Source: Promethearchaeota archaeon (lineage in GTDB: Archaea; Asgardarchaeota; Lokiarchaeia; Sigyniarchaeales; SOKP01). From it: a stretch of DNA of 64,000 nucleotides. The position numbers were made by a program, and so were the translations under genes. Location: NCBI GenBank assembly GCA_019058445.1, contig JAHPZA010000006.1, positions 352,001 to 416,000 of the forward strand, in the 5' to 3' direction. This document shows positions 40,031 through 49,645 of the stretch, piece after piece (the stretch's first letter is position 1; every line of letters starts with the position of its first letter). The notes below the pieces were generated by a model. The model saw only the letters and a list, made by a program, of their open reading frames with translations, searched no databases and was not told the DNA's origin.

Positions 40031-41230
40031 ATGTTATTCACACCCAATGATTCCGAAAACATTAATCAAGAATATCTTGAAAGTTTGATTAAAAATCAAA
40101 TCCAGGAAAGCCATCATCTAGATTATAAAAGAGAAGTCAGTGGGAACAATAATGAAATCGCAAAAGATATTTCAGCCTTTGCGAATTCAGATGGTGGAAA
40201 TATCATATATGGCATTGATGAAAAAGAACATCTACCTAAAAAGATTACTCCAATATTACAAACTGATGTAAGAGAAAGGATCGATTTAATTACTAAGGAT
40301 GGAATAGATCCCCCATTGAATATAAGAATATTTCCTATTCCAGTTAAAACTGATGAAATAGAAGGATATGTTTATGTATTATTTATACCAAAAAAATACC
40401 CCCGAATCCATCAGGCGAAAGGTTATAAGAAATATTATAAACGGACAGAATTTACTTCAAGTCCTATGGTGAACAGCGAAATTGAGCAAGTTTTTGATTC
40501 TTTTTTTACACTTGAGAAAGAAAAAGACGATTTAGTAGGTTTTATTGAAAGAGAATTTTTAGATTATCTGCATAGAAATAATTATTTAAGTAGTTATAGC
40601 TCCACTGATGGTAATGATACTCATGGAAATTTAATCTTGAGCTCCTTTTTAATAATTAGTCCTTTAGATATTAGAGAAACGATATTCAATGATGATATTC
40701 TTACTTTTCTTGAGAAAGACTTATTTCTAAATTCAAATAAAACTGATGAATTGTTCGAAGGAACTCCTATTGTCAGACAAAACGATTATATTTACGATTC
40801 TGACTCAAAACGACTTAAAAATATATTAATTCATAAAGATGGAATAATTATTTATAATTTAAGATATGAAGTACCATTTAATTCTCAGCAGGAATTGACT
40901 CTTAAAAAAAAATTAAATTTGGTATATTTATCTAATTATTATTTGGGATTTTTTAACTTTTTATATGAATTATATAAAAACTTTCTCTATTTTGGAGATT
41001 TAACTATTCAATTGAAAATTATGGGAATTTCAAGCTGGCCACTTCTACAACCTCCTTCTAATCCTAAGCAGTTAAAACTTGATAATATAAAAGTTATTGT
41101 AAATATAGAGGAACTTTCAACGGGTAAATTAGAGGTAATTAAAAGATTATTTGAACCAGTATTAAATGCTTATGGCAAGACTAATAAAGATGCCGAAAGA
41201 TTATATAGTCAAATTAGTAAAATATTGTGA
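40031..41230 (+). CDS. AlbA_2/Schlafen-domain protein
   Basis: QESHHLDYKRE, IAKDISAFANSDGGNIIYGIDE, YYKR. Confidence 0.88.
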   Translation: MLFTPNDSENINQEYLESLIKNQIQESHHLDYKREVSGNNNEIAKDISAFANSDGGNIIYGIDEKEHLPKKITPILQTDVRERIDLITKDGIDPPLNIRIFPIPVKTDEIEGYVYVLFIPKKYPRIHQAKGYKKYYKRTEFTSSPMVNSEIEQVFDSFFTLEKEKDDLVGFIEREFLDYLHRNNYLSSYSSTDGNDTHGNLILSSFLIISPLDIRETIFNDDILTFLEKDLFLNSNKTDELFEGTPIVRQNDYIYDSDSKRLKNILIHKDGIIIYNLRYEVPFNSQQELTLKKKLNLVYLSNYYLGFFNFLYELYKNFLYFGDLTIQLKIMGISSWPLLQPPSNPKQLKLDNIKVIVNIEELSTGKLEVIKRLFEPVLNAYGKTNKDAERLYSQISKIL

Positions 41231-41269
41231 TCACTTAATTAAGAATAAAATCACTAGAGACTTATTATA

Positions 41270-42721
41270 ATGACAAATTTAGCAGAATTACCAAAATTAA
41301 AAGAAGAAACATGGAAATTAGTGCACCATTATCTCGTAAATTTTGAAAAGGGTTATGAAAGGAAAATCTTTAATGAAACAATAGGGCAAAAATACATTGA
41401 GAGTTTAACTCAAACTCCTGAAATTGGAAAATTTCAATGGAATGCAGTTGCAGGCGAAGAATTTAACATTCTTCCTGTTTATATGATGCATTTTTTAGGA
41501 AACATGTATGTATATTGTCAGAATCAATTAAAAAAAATGCAGAAAGCAGAATTAAAAACTAACCAGGGCCTTAAGGACCATTTCGATTCACAGTACATTT
41601 TATTAGAGTCCGAGGTTCTCATTCCCGATTATTTTTCTTACCAAATACTCATCCCCGCATTTAATATTATACTAAAGGATGCAAAAAGTCTTTCACTCGA
41701 TATTAATCATATTTTTATCAATATTACGGATAATGAAGTGCCCTATGGTATTAAAGATTTCAGGAATCCTCCCTTTTTTTGGTCAAAACGCAAGGAAGAG
41801 CAGAAATGGATTAAAGATGCAACAACAAGCATCGAAGTCTCTTATAACAAAACAAAAAGACTTCGTGATGAGGAACCTTATACAGCGATGCCATATTATC
41901 CTTTAGATCCTAATGGAAAAGAAGAATTTAACGAGTTAGTACTTAGCATTCCAGATTTCTTTATGTTGTATTCAGATCGCCATGAATTTTTTCCATTTTC
42001 GATAAGTCATTATTATTGGGTGAAACTTCCAGCTTTTTCAGATTATTTCCCATTTGTAAAGGGATACATTCATTATTCGTTTCCCCGTCCAAACGCCTAT
42101 TTAAGAATGTACGACACTGATACATGGGCCTTTTGGATATCCAATTGGCAATCACATTATGATTGGTACTATAATGCTTTTTATGGTGATGGTCGAGAAT
42201 CAGAATCAAAGCGAATTTTTCGATATGCTGTAAACACTATCCGTACGCTGAATAACATTCAATTTGCTGATTTAAAGGTATTCATTTTGGTATCCACATT
42301 TGAAGGATTGTTATATAAAGAGTCAATTGGTGAAGATTTAATTGGAAATCTAAGAAATAAACGTGAACCTGTTATCAAAGTTTTTAAAAAAGTGAGTGAG
42401 ATAGAAAGTAAGATGTGGATTCACTTTGATAATAACAATGAGTATGAAGAAAATTTAGAGAAATTCCTTAACGATGCTTTTACAGTACGAAATAACATTG
42501 CTCATCCAGAGAAAATAATAGAACCCGAATATCAACCTGAATTTCTATATGATGGGATTCCTCAGAATTATTATTATGGAAGATTAACAGAGGACATTCA
42601 AACTAATTTCAAAGAGTTCCTATGGTTTTTATTAAAAATATGGGTTAATAAGAAGTTCCAGTCGAATGAAGATTGGTATTCCTATTTAGAAGATGTAAAA
42701 AACCAAATCTTAGAAGGGTAA
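41270..42721 (+). CDS. HEPN-domain protein (ApeA-like C-terminal RNase)
   Basis: FILVSTFEGLL followed by VRNNIAH (Rx4H HEPN motif). Confidence 0.72.
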   Translation: MTNLAELPKLKEETWKLVHHYLVNFEKGYERKIFNETIGQKYIESLTQTPEIGKFQWNAVAGEEFNILPVYMMHFLGNMYVYCQNQLKKMQKAELKTNQGLKDHFDSQYILLESEVLIPDYFSYQILIPAFNIILKDAKSLSLDINHIFINITDNEVPYGIKDFRNPPFFWSKRKEEQKWIKDATTSIEVSYNKTKRLRDEEPYTAMPYYPLDPNGKEEFNELVLSIPDFFMLYSDRHEFFPFSISHYYWVKLPAFSDYFPFVKGYIHYSFPRPNAYLRMYDTDTWAFWISNWQSHYDWYYNAFYGDGRESESKRIFRYAVNTIRTLNNIQFADLKVFILVSTFEGLLYKESIGEDLIGNLRNKREPVIKVFKKVSEIESKMWIHFDNNNEYEENLEKFLNDAFTVRNNIAHPEKIIEPEYQPEFLYDGIPQNYYYGRLTEDIQTNFKEFLWFLLKIWVNKKFQSNEDWYSYLEDVKNQILEG

Positions 42722-42739
42722 TTAAAACTTCATAAAGCT

Positions 42740-43708
42740 TTAAACTAAGTTAAGAATGTCACCTACGAGGAGATAGGTATAAACCACGATGCGGTTTGCT
42801 TCCTCTCTGTCGATTTTTGCGTGGGTTGCTTTATGTGAACCCTTTAAAATACTTTCTAATCGATCCCCAATAAATCTAAGATGCGATCCTACTATTTTAA
42901 TATATGTCTCTGATTCACTTTTTTGATTAATAAACTCAATAATTCTATTGATGTATTGTTCCTCACCAAGTTTATGAGATTTCCCATCTATACCTTTCTT
43001 GATATTCTTAGTTGGAGGATAAATAGCATCTGCTAAATCTTTTAGAATTCTTCGACAAATATGGACTGCGTTTGACCAATTTTCAGGATTCTCAGAAGTG
43101 AGATTTTCATATATAGCAACTAATTTTTCAAGAGATTCTGGAACTATTTCTCCTATTTTTTGATCAACATTTTGTTTTATCGCACTAAAGATATCTTCAG
43201 CTATTTTCGAATAATTTAGTTCTAAGTAGGTTTTTGTAATATATTCATAAATAAATGATCGTCGATGTGCTAATATTTCTGAGACTTCTTGAAATCTTTT
43301 TTGTAAATTATTACGCTCATCTAAATCGCTTGCTGAGTCTATTCTCTTAATTATAAATTTTTTCTCACTCTCTAATTTTTCTATTGCATCTGGAATAAAT
43401 TCTAAAAATCCATCTACTTCTAAATATTCCCTTCCTGCCAATGTTGCCAATCTTTCTACTTCACGGAATTCAATATTTTCTTCATAAACATTAATTTTTG
43501 GGTATCCAGAGATTTCTAATTCCATTAGCCTCACCATCTCAAAATTATTCAACAAACGAGCGAGACGAATTGTCTTGAGTGCAATTAAAGCTAGAGAAAT
43601 CTCACTTAATTCAATGTTTTTCAAGATCTCGCTTGCAAGGTGTATAGCCTCATTATAAGCCTTTTTTGAAGGAGGAACTTTAAAAATATCATTTTTAATT
43701 TTTTTCAT
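42740..43708 (-). CDS. AbiTii-like abortive-infection protein
   Basis: EILKNIELSEISL..IALK..RLARLLNN......LEISGY N-domain; C-terminal WSNAVHICRRIL..LAD.IYP...SHKATH. Confidence 0.65.
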   Translation of the reverse strand: MKKIKNDIFKVPPSKKAYNEAIHLASEILKNIELSEISLALIALKTIRLARLLNNFEMVRLMELEISGYPKINVYEENIEFREVERLATLAGREYLEVDGFLEFIPDAIEKLESEKKFIIKRIDSASDLDERNNLQKRFQEVSEILAHRRSFIYEYITKTYLELNYSKIAEDIFSAIKQNVDQKIGEIVPESLEKLVAIYENLTSENPENWSNAVHICRRILKDLADAIYPPTKNIKKGIDGKSHKLGEEQYINRIIEFINQKSESETYIKIVGSHLRFIGDRLESILKGSHKATHAKIDREEANRIVVYTYLLVGDILNLV

Positions 43709-43794
43709 CTATATAACTTACAAAAAATTATAAGTTTAAGAATATTGATATGAATGATCTTCAATTGTGAAATTAGAATTCAAGATGTGTTTTT

Positions 43795-44157
43795 ATGAGT
43801 GAACGAGAAAGTTATGCCAAAAGATATAAGAATCTTTGGATATCATTATCTGATTGGCTTAAAACTAAATCTGGTTGGAAAGTGGGAGGAGTAGCAAAGG
43901 AAGGATCTCGCAGGGAAGGAGATTTTAAGGATAAAAGCGATTTGGATATGGATTTCTGGATAGCTGAAACATATCAGAAGCAGAAAGTCTATGATGACAT
44001 TATCCCGAAATTAAGGAATCATTACAAGAGTAGCCAAGTACAAAAGGGACGTAGCAGCAATGTCATTAAATTCTCCTCGAAGGATCTTAAGGTAGATATC
44101 GTGTTGCTCCCTAAAAAGGAATTCATGGAGAAGAGGAAGAAATACAAAGAAAACTAA
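43795..44157 (+). CDS. Minimal Pol-beta-type nucleotidyltransferase
   Basis: GSRREGDFKDKSDLDM and KVDIV catalytic triad in 120 aa. Confidence 0.75.
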   Translation: MSERESYAKRYKNLWISLSDWLKTKSGWKVGGVAKEGSRREGDFKDKSDLDMDFWIAETYQKQKVYDDIIPKLRNHYKSSQVQKGRSSNVIKFSSKDLKVDIVLLPKKEFMEKRKKYKEN

Positions 44158-44341
44158 AATTATCAATTTTTGAAAGAGATCTATAATTCTATGATTTATA
44201 AAACTATTCAGTTATATAAATAAGAGAGGTTTAAGGATTAATAATTAATACAGCAATAAACAATCTCTAATGATAATATTGGGATTCTACTTATTATTCT
44301 ATAGAATTTGGTTTATATAAATCATTTTTATATAAGATTTG

Positions 44342-44413
44342 CATTGTGACTGTGAAATCATGTTAAAGGCTCACCCTATTGTGATGGCGGATTTTGGTAT
44401 TGATGTAGAATAG
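44342..44413 (+). pseudogene. Possible 3' gene remnant (HCDCEIML..., DUF2695-like CDCE motif)
   Basis: HCDCEIMLKAHPIVMADFGIDVE*; in-frame TAA just upstream. Confidence 0.25.
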
Positions 44414-44573
44414 TCAAATTTTTCTCCGTTATTTTATTTTTGTCGTGCTTGCCTCCTTCTGATGGGATGTAGGATTTTCTTCATATTCCATATGATATTA
44501 CATCCCTATTTTTATTATGTAATTCTATATAATAAAAAAAGAAAAATAAAAAAAAAAATTAATTTTTAAGAAT

Positions 44574-46510
44574 TTAAATACCTAATTTTGTTCTATTTGA
44601 TTCTATATGCTCCATCATAGCATCAACGGCTTGAACAGGATCTGTTTCAACATGCAGGATTCCCCCTGTAACATCCTTACAATCTACAGTTAAGAGTTTA
44701 ACTAAATTGGGACCGCCAGTGACAGTAGGGACCGGATTAACATATGTGTAAAGACCAAAGGCTAATGCGAAGATTGCATCAATTGTTGCCTTCTGCTCCA
44801 TTGGAACTCGCTAATATTGAATTAATTAGCAATATATTCTGGAGCAGCCGCGACTATAGGCAGATCTGGAATAGGCACACCTCCAAGAGCCCCAGATATA
44901 GCTCCGATTAAATCAGCTATTCGCCCTGTATCTGTGCATGTACCATAACTTAACACAGGGGGAACTGATAATTTCTCACATAAAGCTTTTAGACCTGGTC
45001 CAGCTAAATCTTTTGCTTCAAAAGAACAGAGTCCTGCCACTTGTAATGCTCCATTACCACACCCCATAGATAGGACCAATACATCCCTTTTAATTAATTC
45101 CTTAGCAATATTTATAGTATGTACATCTTGTCCATAATCTCTTAACGTTGTACAAGAAACTAATCCAGCTACACCTCGAATTGTGCCATTTTTTATAGCC
45201 TCTAATAAAGGCTCAATGCTACCACCGAGTGCTGCAACTATACTTTCAGTTGAAAATCCAACCAATGCTTCATTCATCTCTAATCCTGTCACTGGCTCTA
45301 TGTTTGCTCTCCGTTCTTGAAAATTATCAATAGCCATTTGTAAGAGTTTTCCTGCCTGTTCTTCTGCCTTTTCAGGAAGATAATCTAATCTTTCGGTTAT
45401 TCCTTCAAAAGCTACAACTTCCGATACTGGAATCAATTTAAACTTATATCTTTCAGCATAGAGCGGATCTATGGGCATAGAACAGTTCATGTCACATACA
45501 AACGCATCAATACAACCGCTCGCTAAGATTGCTTCTTGCATGATCCAATTTCCTGTGAATCCATAAAACACATCATCCATTTCCCATCGCTGTATCATTT
45601 CTTGCCCAGTTTCTATGTTAGCTATGATTCTTAATCCCTTAGCACCAACTGCTTTAGCTTTTTCTTGCCATTCTTGTTTACGCGCCAATTGAACCATCGC
45701 AAATCCTAAAAATGGTTCATGACCATTAGGAACAACATTCACATAATCGGGGTCCAAAACACCTAAGTTTACTCGCATTTTATGGGGTTTAGGTACATTA
45801 AATAAAATATCTTGACAAAATTCATTCACTATCTGACTCTGGTATGCCATAGCCACTCCTAGTCTCATCGCCTTAAGTGCTAAGCTGGCATAATAACCAT
45901 CTATATTTGTAAGACATGAACTAGTTGCCAACATCATTTCGCTATAAATTCCTCCCGGAAAGATATTTAATTTTTTCCAGACATCCTTCCTTTCTTTTGG
46001 TGCTAATGCTTCTACTATTTTACTTGAATCCGTGTAAGATCTATTAAAATCATCTTTTACAAATTCGCATAGGCGAAGCGCAATTTCTTTATCTGAACCA
46101 GAAGTATCAACTCCAAGACGTTTTGCAAAACTTTTCAACTTATCCGGTTCGCTAATTTTATAAGGTGTTTTACCTTCAGCTGTTGCCTTAAGGGTTTTAA
46201 TAGTTGTTTCTGTATGATAATGGTACGTGGAAGCCCCTAAAACATTTCTAAGTAGCATCATTCGCATTGCCATTCCATCTGCTGTAATTCCACATACACC
46301 TCTTTTATCGATAGAAGCATCCGCTCTACAAGGGCCATTAGAACATAAATCGCATCGAGCACCTTTTAAGCAAAATGGACATCTTTTATCAGGGACACCT
46401 CCAAAACCTTGTGCCTCAAAACGATCCCAGATATTAATCATACCATCTTTTTTAATTCTCTCATAAACTTTTCGTACTGACTCATGATACGATAATCTTT
46501 CACCTTCCAA
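44574..46510 (-). CDS. cooS: Ni/Fe-CODH-like protein (CooS, clade-D/CooS-V-like), two exons: 46510-44834 and 44801-44574
   Basis: CPFC D-cluster, CDLCSNGPC..C B-cluster, NGHEP, DMNC, SCTT, MGCG, GTC. Joining the exons gives AAAPEY-MEQKATIDA, about 634 aa from TTG 46510 (GAGGTG Shine-Dalgarno). Confidence 0.9.
44802..44833 (-). other. 32-nt bulge-helix-bulge (BHB) intron in the cooS mRNA
   Basis: CUGCUCCA/UGGAGCAG exon helix, GAAU/GUUC central 4-bp helix, AUA and CAA 3-nt bulges, UUGCUAAU/AUUAGCGA intron helix; canonical cuts restore the frame. Confidence 0.88.
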
Positions 46511-46611
46511 TTTCCACACCTCATTACTTTGTTAAAAATTTTTTAAGATAGATTGGTTTATAAAAATTCTATCTCTAAATTATTGAAATTTCTTAAGTAA
46601 ATATATCTATA

Positions 46612-46632
46612 TTCGAACATGTTCGAACATGT
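46612..46632. promoter_or_regulatory. Palindromic operator-like site upstream of cooS
   Basis: TTCGAACATGTTCGAA (perfect 16-bp palindrome) overlapping ACATGTTCGAACATGT (also perfect); TATA-like TTTTATAAA on the minus strand near 46557-46565. Confidence 0.5.
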
Positions 46633-46692
46633 CCAGAAATGCTATAAAAAATTGAGTAAAAAATTGAAATTTAAAATTGCTTTTAATTTAAT

Positions 46693-49068
46693 TTAGTCAT
46701 ATTCCTTTGCAACTGGATATCCTTTACGATGCCACATCATCATTCCACCAGTCAAATTTCTCACGTCTTTAAACCCTGCTTGTACTAAAAGTTGGGCTGC
46801 CATCATCGATCGTGCTCCACTATGGCAAATAGTTATTACTTCTTCATCTTTATAATCGTTGAGAGCATCGAAATCATTCATGAGTTCACCAAGTGGCACT
46901 AATTTAGCTGATTTAATATGGCTTCCCACCCCATTATATTCCTGAGGAGTGCGTACATCAACCAGGATAGCAGGTGCGTCCTCTGACTCAAGCCTCTCAT
47001 ATAACTCATCAGCAGTTATGTCTGATAAGGCAGGGGCTTCAGGGGTTCTAAGTTCTTTTCTTGTTTTCCGTTCAACCTTTACAGGTGAAATAATTTCCCC
47101 TTGAGGGATTGTACCCTTCTCCAACGTAGCAACAAGCTTTCCTTCTTCTTTCCCTAAATATAATAAGTCAATGGCCTCATTTAATTTTGAATATGCTTCC
47201 ACACTTGATTTAAATCCTGGATCCGTTGCATATACTTTCAATTTTTTGCCTTCTGGGAGTGTATCAAGCCCTTTAATTAATGCATTTAAAGGTCCTGGAC
47301 AGCTTAATCCACAGGCATCTACTGTAATAAATTCATCATCTCCTGTTGCTTTTTCTTTTACGAAAGTTTCCATTTGCGCCTCAAATCCTCCACATGAGGC
47401 TACGATCTCTTCACATGAAGCACTTGCCATTTCATAGAGCTTATACCCTCCTGTTAGATCGTATACTTCTTTGTAACCATGCTGGAGAAGTATTCGAGTT
47501 GCTAAATAGCTTCTATATCCCACCTCACAATAAGCATAGATGGGTTTATTCTTTGGAATCTCTTCCATTCTATCTCTTAATTCTTCAATCGGAATATTTA
47601 TAGATCCCTCAATGGCTCTAGCGTTATGCTCTTCTGGTGTTCTTACATCTAATAAGACTACACCATTGTTTTTAAGATCATCAACATCATGCCAATGCCA
47701 AATAGGCATATCTCCTTTGAGGAAATTTGCTGCAACAAATCCAGCCATATTCACCGGATCTTTAGCTGAGCTGTAAGGAGGTGCATATGTTAGTTCTAGC
47801 TCTTCTAAATCAAAAACTGTACCTCCCATTTTTATAATCGTGGATATTACATCAATTCTCTTTTCCGTCCCTTGCCCTCCCACGATTTGTGCTCCTAATA
47901 CTTTTCCTGTAGGGACTTCAAACAGAAGTTTAAAAGCCATAGGAACAGCTCCCGGGTAATACCCAGCATGGTTATTAGGATGGACATATACTTTATCATA
48001 TTTAATCTCAGAATTTTTCAGCTGTTTTTCTGTTAAACCCACGGCTGCCACACTCACATCAAAAACTTTTACTACTGAAGCTCCTAAAATACCCTTATAT
48101 TCATTATCTCTCCCTGCTATGTTATCTGCTGCGATTCTTCCTTGCTTATTAGCAGGACCTGCTAAGGCAATAGCGATTGGATCTCTCGTTTGAAAATGGG
48201 TTACCTGAACGGCATCTCCTACAGCGTATATGTGAGTATCGGAAGTTTGCATTTTCTTATTCACAATAATATGCCCTCTCTGCCCTAAATCCAGTCCAGC
48301 GTCTTTTGCTAATTTACTCTGTGATCTAATTCCAATCGCTAATATAACCAGGTCTGTTTCAATCATACGACCATTTTTAGTCTTCACATAAGGCTTATCA
48401 CCATTAATTCTTCCAAAAGACTCTACGGGGTCCTCCAGAACTAAGCACACCCCATTTAAAATTAATTCCTGATGAATGAATTGGGCAATTTCTTTGTCGA
48501 ACGCGGGCATAACTTGATCAAGCATTTCTACAATTTTTACTTTAACACCTTTTTCTACTAAATTTTCTGCCATCTCTAATCCAATAAACCCGCCACCTAC
48601 AATAACCGCATGATTAATTGTTCTCTTATCTACAAAGTCTCTAATCTTGACTGCATCAGGAATTGTCCATATGGTATAATAAGGAATAGAATCTAATCCT
48701 TGAAATGGAGGAATTATTGGCTGTGAACCTGTAGCTAGAAGTAAATAATCATAATAAAGCTCGTACTCTTGCATATTTTGTAAATCTCTCACTTTAATCC
48801 TTTTCTTGGCTTTATCGATTGAAATCGCCTCGTTATTAACTCTTACGTCTATATTGAACCGTTCAAGAAATCTTTCAGGTGTGACCAATTCCAATGATTC
48901 TTTTTCCTTAATTACATTTCCAACGTAATATGGTAAGCCACAATTTGCAAAAGATACGTAAGGACCTTTATCAAGCATGATTATTTCAAAATCTTCTCTT
49001 AATCTCCTTAGACGAGCTGCGGCAGATGCGCCACCAGCAACTCCACCAACAATTATTACTTTCTTCAT
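46693..49068 (-). CDS. CoA-disulfide/persulfide reductase fused to rhodanese, TusA and a second rhodanese (Npsr-like)
   Basis: GGVAGG, SFANCGLPY, GGGFIGLE, YAPP; rhodanese YCEVGYRS; TusA CGLSCPGP; rhodanese ICHSGARS. Confidence 0.88.
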   Translation of the reverse strand: MKKVIIVGGVAGGASAAARLRRLREDFEIIMLDKGPYVSFANCGLPYYVGNVIKEKESLELVTPERFLERFNIDVRVNNEAISIDKAKKRIKVRDLQNMQEYELYYDYLLLATGSQPIIPPFQGLDSIPYYTIWTIPDAVKIRDFVDKRTINHAVIVGGGFIGLEMAENLVEKGVKVKIVEMLDQVMPAFDKEIAQFIHQELILNGVCLVLEDPVESFGRINGDKPYVKTKNGRMIETDLVILAIGIRSQSKLAKDAGLDLGQRGHIIVNKKMQTSDTHIYAVGDAVQVTHFQTRDPIAIALAGPANKQGRIAADNIAGRDNEYKGILGASVVKVFDVSVAAVGLTEKQLKNSEIKYDKVYVHPNNHAGYYPGAVPMAFKLLFEVPTGKVLGAQIVGGQGTEKRIDVISTIIKMGGTVFDLEELELTYAPPYSSAKDPVNMAGFVAANFLKGDMPIWHWHDVDDLKNNGVVLLDVRTPEEHNARAIEGSINIPIEELRDRMEEIPKNKPIYAYCEVGYRSYLATRILLQHGYKEVYDLTGGYKLYEMASASCEEIVASCGGFEAQMETFVKEKATGDDEFITVDACGLSCPGPLNALIKGLDTLPEGKKLKVYATDPGFKSSVEAYSKLNEAIDLLYLGKEEGKLVATLEKGTIPQGEIISPVKVERKTRKELRTPEAPALSDITADELYERLESEDAPAILVDVRTPQEYNGVGSHIKSAKLVPLGELMNDFDALNDYKDEEVITICHSGARSMMAAQLLVQAGFKDVRNLTGGMMMWHRKGYPVAKEYD

Positions 49069-49467
49069 AATTATCTCATCATTTTTATGTTCTTACTTCT
49101 TAATTTTTAGTTACTCAAAAAATACTCACTACTTTACTAGATGGGATTAAATATCATTTTTTAAGATAATTCTTATGAGTTGTAAATTATGAATCTGTAT
49201 TTTCTTTTCTAATACAGATTTCTTTAGAAATTTCTTATGAATTAAAAAGATTATAATTATAATTTAGAGGGATAATACAAGAAAAATAATCCTTACATTT
49301 TCAATTAATTTTTCGTTGAATTTGTTTTAGCTGTGAAATATCTTCAGATTTACCAAAATTTCTATTTGACATCGCTGATTAAATTACTATAAATTATCTC
49401 TATAAGCTTAATCGGTAAAATAACACAAGTTCTTTTAAAATCTTTTAGTTTTTTTTCTAAATAATAC

Positions 49468-49486
49468 ATTATACTTTAAGTATAAT
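49468..49486. promoter_or_regulatory. 19-bp palindrome ATTATACTT-T-AAGTATAAT between iscU and the CoADR gene
   Basis: Perfect 9-1-9 inverted repeat, but AT-rich. Confidence 0.3.
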
Positions 49487-49645
49487 TTATACTTTGGATA
49501 AATAATAACAAATTTAAAAATTAGACATATTTTATCTTGTTTTTATCTAATATAACGCACATTTAGGTTAATGTTGATAAATTTATAATAAGCTTCAAGA
49601 AAATTTATACAAAATTTTGAAAAAAGTAAGCTAAAAAAAAAATTT

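Noticed and set aside
44574-46519. cooS as a simple frameshifted pseudogene (565-aa and 75-aa ORFs)
   Set aside because: There is only one lesion, and it is a complete BHB motif whose canonical excision restores the frame exactly; both parts are otherwise intact.
49192-49220. Inverted repeat AATCTGTATT/AATACAGATT upstream of the CoADR gene
   Set aside because: A 10-bp AT-rich stem with no further support; could be regulatory but cannot be told from chance.
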